Shown piece by piece: positions 24,879-36,671 of a DNA stretch of 64,000 nucleotides. The notes beneath the pieces were generated by a model that had not been told where the DNA came from, made no database searches, and saw nothing but the letters and a program-made list of their open reading frames with translations. Location: assembly GCA_030704615.1 (NCBI GenBank), contig CM060731.1, positions 60,388,001 to 60,452,000 on the forward strand, in the 5' to 3' direction. Positions within the stretch are counted from its first letter, which is position 1. Every line of letters begins with the position of its first letter. Source of the DNA: Takakia lepidozioides. Lineage: Eukaryota; Plantae; Bryophyta. The position numbers and the translations under genes are program-made.

Positions 24879-25108
24879 AGTAAGGATGATCATGGTATCG
24901 CGGGCTGCTGTAGCGGATTGCTACCCATCCCTGCTCGCCGACTTTGGCTTAATTAGAACTCTTGTTGGTATTCGTTGCTTCCAGGTTATCTCTCTACTAT
25001 TCCTATATCTTGACACAGTTTAATCAGAACAAAATATTTTCTTGTTCGTGTTTGGACTCGTTGCTTCCTGTTGTATGGTAAGAAACATTGTTAATACTTG
25101 GCTTTGGT

Positions 25109-26908
25109 CTAGGAGGCAACGTGTTGCAATGGATGCTCCCGATCTGGCCACAACGGAATTAGCCCCTGTCGAGGTCAGAGAGCCGGGTCTTCCATCACCT
25201 ATAGGTAAATTGAGTGACAATCCGCGAATGCAACTTGGGATGGTAAGTTTAGATGAGGGATCACCTCTACCAGAGGCCAGTCTCTATACTGATTTATCTT
25301 GTGAAGATGGTATTGTTTCCCAAGAATTAGATGATGTTCAGGTGACGCCCGCTGGTCTCACAAAGATAGTGCAATTTGAAGTTCCAGGGGTCACTATGTT
25401 GCCTGGCAATGGGCCTGTGGTGCCAAGTGTAGCTGGTACTGGTAATTTTGTCACTAACGAGGGCCTGTCCGCAGCTGCTGATCAGCTAGCCTCTACTCGA
25501 CATATGGCCATGATGCCTGGCCTGTCTCATGTTACAGGAGCCAGTCCTTTGGGTGGTATTTCCAGGCATGCCATCCATCCCCCTTCTTTAGACCCAATTG
25601 CTAGTAGTGTATGCAATGCAAATGTGCAAGTCCCAGTAGGAAGGGCTAATGTGAGCGGTATGCCAGCCCCATCAAATGCTCGTGTCAACGTAGGAACTGC
25701 TGCTGGTTTGCCTATTTCTATGATGCATGTTCCTAATCCCGCTCTTGAGGGAGGAATTGGTGTGTCTGTGACTTTAGTGTAGCGGTCATTCAACCCAGCA
25801 ATTGGGAAGGCCACCCATTCCCACCATGAGTGGAGTGGCTCCAAACCAAGCAGCCATGGTCGGTCCAGCTGTTCAGTCAAGGCCTGTGTTTCATGCACCC
25901 CAAGTGGGCGTGACAACATTACCGCCTAGCTTGCCATCTTTGTCATTTCAAGGTCCCTCTAATGTCATGAGTAACAACTATGTCCCGGTTACTAGTGGGG
26001 TCCATGCTATGAATACAACCACCAATCAGACTCAGGCTATGGCTCATTGTTGCCCGGCCCATGGATCTGCTAAGCCTGGTCACATGAATCATAGTCTGCC
26101 CTGTCATTTGCTTCCTCAGCTCACTACGCAACCCTATCCAAAATACACAATGGGAGAAGACTTTGATAGATATCTCCAGATGTTTGAAGTGATTGCTAAT
26201 GTGAATGGTGTGCTTGAGAATTTTAAAATGGCAATTTTTAGAATGAGCATGAAGGGACCAGCCCGTGACTTGTTGCATGCAGCTGTCATGGATGACCCCC
26301 ATCTCACTTGGGCATCCCTTGTGGAATGGGCTAAAACCGTATTCAAACCACCTGAAAGACCCTTGGACTGCTTCACCAAATTGAGCTCCAGGACTTACCA
26401 GCCAGGAGAGTCCTTGTGGAAGTATTACATGGATCTAAAATTTGCTGCTGCAGAAAATATCATTGATCTAGCATTATGTGATTGTATGGTGAAGACCTAC
26501 TTTCTCCTTGGCTTGCCCCATGGTATTCAAAATTGGGCCCAACGTCGTCATTTTATCAATGACAAAACTATGCTAGCTGAAATTAATCTTAAGATGGCAG
26601 ACTTAGCTGACAACAAATCTGGTAAGGCTCAGCTCACCCAAGCCCGTAATTTTAACAAGCGTGTCCAGTATTCTAACCTTTTCCAGGTGGGACAGACCAT
26701 GTGCATTCGGCTGCAGCATGGTAAGCATGCATGCAAATCTAAGCTTAAGATCGACGGTCCATACTTGATCTATGAGCTTTTACGTGGGCGACGTGCTCTC
26801 CTTCTTCCACAAGGGTTTAATGTCCACACGCATGATGAACCTGTTTCTCTCACGGATCTGGTGCATTCCGAGCTGGTCTTTGATCTTACATGCATCAATG
26901 TGGAGTGA
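25109..26908 (+). pseudogene. gag: Gag-like ORF fused to an integrase C-terminal GPY/F remnant (stop and frameshift near 25780)
   Basis: YTMGEDFDRYLQMFE...KGPAR...QPGESLWKYY...FLLGL, then FNKR...FQVGQ...DGPYLI; no PR, RT, RH or IN core. Confidence 0.7.
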
Positions 26909-28877
26909 CGTACGGTGGGATGATGTCTTGATTTTCTTCAGCTTGGCGGATTAGTGTTAGCTTGCGGATTTGGCACTTTACGGCTTTTCTGGCCTTTTGT
27001 TCTAGCTCTTGATACATTTGTAGACCTATGATATGTCACCACGTGTACTCCTTGCACGGTTTTCCTAGCCAAAGTTTTTGCCCTCGGCCCAATTTACAGG
27101 TGCCACGTTTTCCTTTGGTAGGTTTTTCACCCAACAGTGGAGGGTGATTTTATCCCAAACATTTTCTGATATTGTACTTCGCAGAGCTCAGGATTTTTCG
27201 TGGGGGGTAGGCTTCACAGATGTGATGCCCCAAACTTTCCTCATCGCAGATTTACCTTATTCATCCAAAGCGGCGATACTCATTTGTAGTATAAATTTTT
27301 GGCTTAAAATACCGTTGAACCGTTACAAAGATTTCATAGCCAGGGTTAGTTATGGCTGGTGGCTGCATCATGGCCGTTCAATAGATCTAGGGTTTTGATG
27401 TGGCGCCGCGGGCTCAGCCTGACACGCCTCGCCACGCGTCAGGAAAACATGCAACTAGGGTTTGTATAAAGTGGCGGCCTGACCTTGTGTCAGGCAGCTG
27501 ATGTACTCTGGTGTATGTAGTTGTGGAAAGCTGTCTGAATGCGATACGTGTATCATTTTCTGTCAGTTTGCTCGTTGAGATCCTCCTCTTGCGTGCATGC
27601 ACGCTCCTCTTGTTCTCCCCCCATTGTTTTGAAGAGCACTTGAGAGGATAGGCAGATATTCGTCCTGCTTCTTTTAAGGCTTCACAGACCTACTTGACGT
27701 CATTGCGCTATATTCCAGACTGAAGTCCGGAGACTAATTTTAGTGTAGAGCGTCATGGTTGCCACATCATCATCAGCCACGTCATCCCCGTCATTTCTTA
27801 AGCTGCCCAAAAGAAAAAAGACTGATTTGTGAAAATCGTCATCATTGTTGCCACGTCATTGTTGTCTGCCCAGTAGAGAAAAAAGAAGAAAACATACTGA
27901 TTTTTGAAATTTGTTTTTGCGAAGGTGCTTTGATATTATATTTTTCTTTTCTTTATTCACCCATTCAATGTTATAGCACTTCTACATATTAATTCCCCGT
28001 GTGATCAGGCCTCATGTCAGCCTTCATATGGGTTTTAAATTTTTTTTCCCCTCAATAATTTTATAAAGCTCTAAAGGGCTACCTCCCCTTTCCCTGATAA
28101 AAAAAAAAAACCCACTAAATAGAAATCAATGGTTTACCCAGTTTTTGAAACCCTCATAAGTTCAACCCCTTGGTTTTATGGTGACCAAGTTTCAACTTAC
28201 TAATATATTATGATAGTACACATATATATATATATTATAAATATGATAATGGTAATAATTAATATAATGTCAAAACTCTTAATATTGAATTTCTATCTCG
28301 TGTCTACACTTTATACAATCAAAGATCGTTAGCTCGTTAATTCTAAATGGAGTGTGTTTAATCTTCATAACTAAGAATAGTACCATTAATTGGTTGAAAA
28401 TATTTTTATTTTAAATTTAATAATTTATCTGAAGTGTTTTTTTTAATAATTTTTTTTTGTATTTTCTAATGTGAAATTTAAAATATAAAGATATATTGAA
28501 CCATTTAAGAAGGAAAGAAAGGAAGAACCTTTTGTCGAAGCACACGTAACTTATTATGGTCTCACTTCAGCTGAAAAGCTACTACTGTCTTGCATTTGGA
28601 AGGTAAACACCTTTTGACAGCCATAACCTGGGCAAGGTGAGAAGGTTAAGTAACCGTTTGTTCCAGTACCCCTTTTTCTTTACAAAGCTTAAGCTTAAGG
28701 AGCTTACGCTACCTGAATTTGGCGAAAGTACTGTCAATTTGCAAGCTTGCATTAAGTTCTTCTAATGTTCCTATAGTTTTTCCCATAAAATATATTTCCA
28801 ATAAAAAGGAATATTGTTCTTGAAGTCGTCACTAATAGTGCAGAGCAACACTTAGCCCTAGTGAATTTACATCCATA

Positions 28878-29072
28878 ATGCAGTGGCCTAATGGTATGAC
28901 ATCCTGTGCATTGGCATGTGGGTCTGGGTTCAATCCGGAGCTGTCTCTCTTCGACTTGGGGCTTGATGCTCTCCCTGTTTGCCTTCATGGCCCTGAGAGG
29001 GGGTTTCTTCGTTTATTTCCCCCCTGAAGGCCCTTGTGTTTCCTTGGAAACAAACAAAAAATAAATACAAAA
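28878..29072 (+). mobile_element. tRNA-derived SINE-like element
   Basis: Pol III box A TGGCCTAATGG 28884-28894, box B GGTTCAATCC 28927-28936, A-rich tail about 29049-29072; no TSD found. Confidence 0.55.
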
Positions 29073-29806
29073 TTGTAATATATCATGTACTACGCACCGG
29101 TCACATCAAACAGATCGGCTCAAATGTCTGCAACATAGATGAAATCAATCTATTTAGTCTACAAGTTAGAACCCATTAGAACACCTGGAAAAAAACAACA
29201 ACAACAACAACATAAGAGAATTCATGTAATTGATACGGCACAAAACCTATTATGGTTGGCAAGCAGAAATAAAAATACTCCATAAACCATAATAATGCAA
29301 TGCTTCACCATGCCTCATACTACACCTTTTGATGTGATATCTTTGCAAAGCAGCCATACTTGCCATTCAGCTCAGTATAGTGTTTTTCATTTCTGCTAAG
29401 AGTCTCCTGCCAGAAGTCATGCCAAAAAATGGGACAACACGACCTCTTACACATGAAATGAACCCTCCCCAGTTCCATAACACTTCCATAGCTGTGTGCA
29501 TTGAATGTCCTACCATGTCCTACAACTCTTCCGGGGGGATGTCACCACGCACTTTTCTCTCTCGAACCAGTGTTACTAATACCCTGAACTTCATTAAATC
29601 CAAATAACCAATAAAAGGACGACAGGATTTCTGACCAAATGAAGTGTCTTTAAAGGATCAAGATTGATTTAGCATAAGATGGTGCCAATGTAAGCTGGCG
29701 GCGTCCAAGATAGATTTGGTTCAGAAATTATTGATCCTGGCTAACGATAGCTGTTAGTGGCGCGGAATCCATGTATGAACCAGACACAGCCCAACCAGAC
29801 TCACAG

Positions 29807-32800
29807 CTACCTGCCTTTGTGAGTCACAGTCTGTGGCAAACCATTCCAGAGCTGGTGTTGTATGCATAGCCGGGTAGCCCATGGACTTTGTTCCGCCTCC
29901 CAAGTATCATCTGTACCCTGTACAAGCCCTCCCAGGACTGCTGTGTATGCTGCCTGCGCTTGAGGCTGTGCAGAAATTACTGCATCCTCTAAAAGCTCGT
30001 CCACTATGGTAGGTGACTCTTCATCTGACCCAACAGCTTCTTGTCCACTAGAATCTTTGTCCAGTAGCATTCGTGCACTGAGAACTCGTAAGGCTTCAGC
30101 AGCCTCATCCATGCGATCTTTGCGGATATAGACTAACAACACTTGTAAGCACGTGTGGGTGTCCGGCTGGACTTTCTCGAGCCTCATTTCCTCCACCAGG
30201 TACTCTGTTAGCTCCTCCCTTTTCTGCAAGAATTGTGATGCAAAAGTCAGCCTTTACATCCTATCTGCAGCCCTCATTACTGTTTGGATAGCTGTGCTAC
30301 ATTGACATAACCCCATTGCACAACCATTCATGGGAAGTCACTAAGATATACTTCAAGCAAGATCTCTTGATTTCTATCTCAAATCATTACCAAGTATGTG
30401 TTGGACGAAAACCCAGTGAAAAAGATATGGAGAGATTCACACATGAAAGGAGGCAGAGGCAAGCAGGGTGTTGTAGGTGGCAACATCTGGCTGCATGCCG
30501 GAGTCCTTCATTTCCTTCAACAACTCGAGCCCTACCTCCAACTCTCCACTGTGACATGTAACCTGTGAGAGCAAACAACAGCAAACCAATCAGTGCTACG
30601 CCCAACCACCTTTACTTTTTCCCAAAAAACCTTCTGCTTCAACAAAGGTTCATTCTAGTTGAGGATCAGCTGACTGACAGAAAACATCTCATTCACAATC
30701 ATTGAGATCTCCCAATTGTTCATGTAGATGCTACCAGATAAAAATGTACAGGCACTGCAAATGGAGGCATGGTTAATCAAGGCATTAGCACAGGAGCAAA
30801 ACAAACCTTGATCAAAGAGTTGTATGTGATCATGTCTGGAGCTATCCCCTCCTGTCGCATTGTATCCATCAGCTCAAAAGCAGCTGACATGCTTTGCCGG
30901 TGTGCGCATGCATTAATGAGGATGTTGTATGTATACCGATCTGGTTTTACTCCCAAGGACCTCATTTCCTTGAAGATATCCCACGCTACCTCAAACTGTC
31001 ACATGCGTCACATAATAAGGACTTCCAAACATGGACCGTGACAAAATGTAGCAAATTCTGTCTTGTGTAACCACATCTATGGCAAATTCAATATTTGCTG
31101 GCCTCAGCTCACCAAGTGCCAGACTCATGAGAACATCCTACCAAGCTGAACCTGGTCAATTCCTCCTAATTTCTGCCCTCAAACAAACCTGTTTGGCAAC
31201 GACACAGGAGTTGATAGCCGTGTTGTAAGTCACTGCATCCAAAAGTGGAACTTCAGTGGTGCCATCTTCGTCCTGTGAAGAGCGCAAGTGCTGGAGAACT
31301 GCCTCCACCATACCCTCTGAACCCAGCACATGCATCTGCAGGAACCCATCAGAGTCTATGAAATACCCTCCATTGGTAGTCAAGCATACAATGCCAAGAT
31401 TAATAAAGTCAGGTGGGATGCCACAAAAAGATAACACAAGACTAATCTGGTACAAAGATAAGATTGTGTGGCTAAGCAAAACAGGAGGTCAAAAAGTAGA
31501 ATCCGGATTGTATAAATTTGCCTCATCAAATGGTGTGAACTTGTGCCACTAGTGCCCTTGAATGAGATGAACCATGAATACTTGACAAAATATGATCAAG
31601 GATGGGAAACGGTAAGCAACCAACCAGAGCAGAGACCGATGCATGGGTGTGGCGCACACCGGACCATGCCATGTCCTTCTCAATGGCTACAACACGTTGG
31701 GCCACCTCCTTGCGTGACCAGCTTGTGTCTCTGTCAAGCCCCGCATTCACATTGCCACAGACTGCCAGCAAGGCACAATAGGTGTAGCTGTCAGGAATGA
31801 CCCCTGACTTTTTCATTCTTGCAAACACCCGCAATGCACGCTCTGGGTCATCCTACACACCATCATCAACATCCAGTGCAATCTGAGAGCTCTTCCCAAC
31901 ATCACCTTTCCAGAAGCAGACCAGAGGAATGTGAACTGGCAATTTGTTGCACGTCAATGACTGACACCTGAAGCATGGAACAGCATGAGGATGCAGGAGT
32001 ACGTCATAGCTTCCTTGGGGTGAGAGTGTCCAAATGCTTGAGTAGACCATGCAAAAGACATAATAGCATTAAAAGCAATTCAAAGTACAATTTACCCTCT
32101 CTTTATCACGATCAAACACACACAACTAGTATTTAAGACTGCAAGTCAGTACACTGTTAGTACCAGAGGGACACAGGCCCTGATGAGAATATTGAATGTA
32201 TATTGAGAAGGCCTCTGGCTTGGCTTGCCATCTTGCATTCGATCAAGTAAAGCCTCGGCCTTGTCCAACTGGGCTTTGCGACAGTATCCATCCAGCAGTG
32301 TAGTGAAGGTGTGGGTGTCAGGTTGCACTCCTACTGCCTCCATACTCCGAACCTGCATTCCCAACCACAACCTAACCCATAATTTTGCATCAACCAACAA
32401 CTCATCAAGTGCACTAGACTGTCTCCAAGCATATTTTATCCTAGACTCCAAAAACCCCTGGAATAGTAGAGTGGGTAAAGTAGGAAGTTCATGATTTATA
32501 GTTAGATATCTACCACTTCATGGGATAGAGCAGCTAGTGGATGGATCACGTTGGAATAGATTAGCTATGACCTATTTGGCCAAAAGTTATTAGAGAATCT
32601 CCTCTGACAATCTGACCATAACAGTAATGAAATTGCTCCTACAGTGGCCAAGTGGCTTGCATAGCTCACTGAGTAGTGCGATGTGCACAATGTCTGACGA
32701 AAAATAGAAAGAGTAAGAAGAATTTCTTAAAAAAAATCTGTAGACGTGGTGCAACAAGTATAAACTATGTGGAAGTATCAGGTAGCACAATAACATCCAA

Positions 32801-35800
32801 GAAGAGACCATATCTTAGCAAGTATAAGTTGATTCACCACTCCAGACCTAGGAGGGCAAAAATTGAATCATATCCCACTTGCTTCGGTGGGGTTCAGATT
32901 GAAAGAACAGCTCTTCCTGTCTCCTCCCTGGTACAGCAGGAAAGGAACATTTTGGACAAGACAAGCAGAGGGTAATATCAGCTTACAACTCGGAGAGCGT
33001 GCTCGATGCCTCTCCCTTCCACAACAGCTCTCAAAAGTGCATTGAAAGTATAGATACCGAGTCGTAAACCCAGGCTCCTCATCTGTCAGCAGAACACCCC
33101 AAGAATCACTTCAAGTAACACACATCTACACTCACCAAAGTGGCCGATGCCACCCAATGACCTCCACAACTCCTGCAACCAAAAACTTGATCCACTAGTA
33201 AGGGGCCAGCAAACATGCAGAAATTTCCAGGTTTTTGTTCAAGCCTGCAATAGAACTATAAAACCCACTGTGACAGATCTTCAACACTGGTTACAGCTGA
33301 ACTTGGAACAAATACATGAAAATAACAGGCCCAGTCATTGCACTTCCACTAGAAATGCTGTATGGTCTGAATGGACATCCCAATGAAAACCAACACTGAG
33401 GAGGTCATCCAGTGGAGATAAATTAGCACCTCAGAAAACAAGGACTCCGCCAGCTTGTGCTTGCCAGCCTGGCCAGCAGTGTTGATAAGAGCATTAAAGG
33501 CGTCCTGTAGCTCCTTCCGCACCTCCCAATGAATGAATCCTTCCAAACTCCCCACAGCTTGTCCCTCTTGGTACCCAGCTACTTTCACTTGGCCAGACCC
33601 TCTCTCTTCTTTTGCCAGCTCTGATTGTGCAAGGGATTGTTCATCAGATGATGGTTGTGACATGGATTGGGCATCAACTGATTGGGTTGTTGAGGGTCTA
33701 GGCTTCTTGCCAGGCAAAAGATGGAAAGGAGTGTTTTCAGAAAGGACATGGGACATTTCCTGCAGGGCCTCAAGAGCTTCCGGAAGAGCCTTAGAGCGAC
33801 AGAGAGCAACAATCATGACGCACCGAGATGATGGGCTTGGTGAACCGTTCGTCACAAGCTCCTCCCACCATCGGATTACCCCTTCAGCATCTTGAAGCAG
33901 ACCAGAAAGCTGACCAACACGCAAGAATTCACACAAACCATAGAAAAGCATTTAGGTCCCTGCTAGTGATTTGCTCTATAATATTTCTTACATTTCAAAG
34001 AAGAGTGTCCTTCATAAGTAGCAAGTAAGTACTTAGCAGAAGAACTAGCACCTGCCACCCTTGTTGACATCACAGGCTGCAGTGATCAATCCAGTGGGCT
34101 CCTGCTCCATAATACATCATTTTAGCAGAAGACTCCAGCAAAGAAACGGTGTTCTAAGTCCACACTTGTGCTCCCTCCTTTAGAACCGCTAATAGATTAC
34201 ATGTATATTCGTCACAGATGAAAGATGAACAAATATTATAACTTGCAAAACCTGTAGTCTTTTAAGCACTGACAGACCATATTGTGAACGCTAACATCCT
34301 TTCTCACATAACCAAATTACAATCTCATGTAGACGTGGAAAGATGACCGTGAGGTTACAAACAAGGCACTATTGGCGACCAGACAAGGTCGGCTGGAGGC
34401 ATTACCTTGATAAGCTCAACATATGACATCTCATCTTTGGGCACACCTTGGTTGTCCATCAAATGCAGGCAGCAATCAGCATGTGCTTTGCTTTTGAACA
34501 GACAGCAACCATTCAGCACAGTATTGTACATCACCACATTTGCCTTCACCTCTTCTTTGCTTTTTGCCAGCACCTCCAACAACTCCACTGCCTGTTTGAC
34601 AATAACCCAGCCAGGGTCAATCCTCACTTTGGTTCTTACGTTCTTACAGTCTATTTCCACCACGAAAAGACTAGATATTCTCGAGCCATATTGCTGTCAT
34701 ACATCTTGTCCTGCTGCGAGTTCCTAGAAGGCACCCCACTGGATTATCTAAATCAGCATTGATACACAATGAAAACCTTTTAAGTAAAAGCTGAAATGTT
34801 GACAATCATGTGTCGTGTGACCTCTATCCTCATGTTACTGAGCAAGCTAGGGAGTGAGGGTCAGATCACAACATGCCTCATCAAGAGATCCACCACGGCT
34901 GAGTGCACGAAGGAAGCAGCCATATGAGACATCGTTCATCTTCACTTCATTTCTTTCCATGAACTTACAGACCTCCTTAGCCATCTGCACACTCAATGTC
35001 TGCTCCTTTCAAAAGAAACCATGACTAGAAAAGCTCATTGAGGGTTCTAAATCATCAATCTTCTAAAAGATGAAGGATGGTGCTGCAAAACCACTAGTGT
35101 GACAACACAGATTTGCTTATTGAAGACCGCCCAAAAATTTCCCACACACAAAGGAATAGCTAATCCTGACACCAAGATGACCCTTCAAGGTTCGACCAAC
35201 TAGTCAACACTTCAGAATGCAGGACGGTGCAGGGACAGAGTTAGCATTGGAACAGGACCAGTATCCAAGACTCTGGCTGAATGGGATGAGGGCAACCAAA
35301 CTTCGAAAATGCCGACTCACTGTTGGGTTTCTGGCACGGCTACAGCTGTTGAGTAGATAGTTGTAGAAAACAACTGTCGCTGGCCCTTCCTGTGATGCCA
35401 TTTTGGGAAGAAGCGTACAAGCCACATCTTCTTTCCCCAGCTTTATAACTCGCGAGACATGGCGTGTCAAAGTCTCAATTCTCCAATTTCGGTTGTCTGG
35501 TGGTCCCTTGCGGCTCGTTTCAAGTTCTGTGCGCACACAATTACTGCGTTGTAAACACTTTCCATGATAAGACAGGAACAATTCTAACTGAGAATTCTAA
35601 CTAAAACTTGAGTACATCTTCTTTAATGAATGGGTCAGCAGACCATTGCCGAGTGGTGTGGTACAGGATTGAATGACCCAAAGCTAAACCCTAAACCCCA
35701 ATAACTGGAAAGTTCACTAAACCCTGAGACCATGCAGACTGAAATTCGCTTGATTCTGTATGCTGTGCTGCAACCTACAGAGAGCAGAAAAATTCATAGC

Positions 35801-36671
35801 TTGCCAGCGGACATGATAAGAACGAAGCCAGTAAAAGGGTTGATCTGAAGCAAAATGGATACCCCATTTACTGGTGGCCTCGCAACCAAGAGTCACACAA
35901 CAGTCTTGTTTTGAACATAGGAACAGAGACTATCACTCTTATTCCAGAAACTACTATAGGAGTCCACATGAGTTCGACTTTTGATGGCCTCTGAATCTGC
36001 GGATGCCTACACTGATAGTGCGGTATCAACATCAGTTGATGTACAGTATTCTAGCAGCTTTATCCACAGAACACAGACAGCGACAACCAGCAGCCAGGGC
36101 TGATATCAGATGCAGTTTGAGCAGAAGGTGTGATGAATTCGTTTACAGAACTGCAATGCCTTCTGAACGGTGGATGACGAACGAAACAAATTGCATCATT
36201 ACTATCTTCAGCTTCTCCCTCGAGCCACGAAGTGTACATCACTGGACTCGTGGTCAGAAGCTCTTAGGGTAGGCCTGCCAGCGATTGGTATTTGGCACAA
36301 TGCATTACATTGGTCTATACTTGACCTTACATTCCTGAACCGGAAGACACTGCTTAAGGTATTAATTCTTCAGGACAGTGGCCGAAAGTTTTGCAGTTCA
36401 ACTATCACATGAACGCTGCTCACCACCCTCACTCAGAAAATCCCTCCTCGAATTTCCAGGAACCGCGTGCCCATGATTGCGTCATCCCTCAATACTTCCA
36501 AAGATTCAACAAAGGCTTCTCGGTTCATACGCGCAACCAGCATTGGGAAGACGACGATGAGGGAGAGTACTTACGCGACACAGTGGAAAGCAAGGCAGAT
36601 TGAAGGTGAGTAGGGCAGCCAGTGGCTTTGACGCATCGATGCAGCCGCGCTGCCAGGCATCGTTGTCGCAT
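29807..36671 (-). CDS. Multi-exon P-class pentatricopeptide repeat protein
   Basis: Exons with PPR motifs (VVFYNYLLNSC, VVMYNTVLNGC, PDTHTFTTLLDGYC, PDSYTYCALL, VTYNTAINSC, PDRYTYNILINAC, PDTHTCLQVL); start ATG 36671 (MRQRCLAARLHR) is tentative. Confidence 0.85.

Larger units (their letters stand above)
23138..27686 (+). mobile_element. Non-autonomous Gypsy-derived LTR element with permuted LTRs
   Basis: TGTGA...TCACA termini; 4-bp TSD GACC (23134-23137, 27687-27690); direct repeats 23138-23590 and 27221-27675; PBS-like TGGTGGAGGTCC at 23592; PPT GGGGGG at 27202. Confidence 0.9.

Noticed and set aside
23138-27686. DIRS/Ngaro tyrosine-recombinase element
   Set aside because: No recombinase motifs seen; a TSD, TG...CA ends, PPT and a Gypsy GPY/F remnant are present
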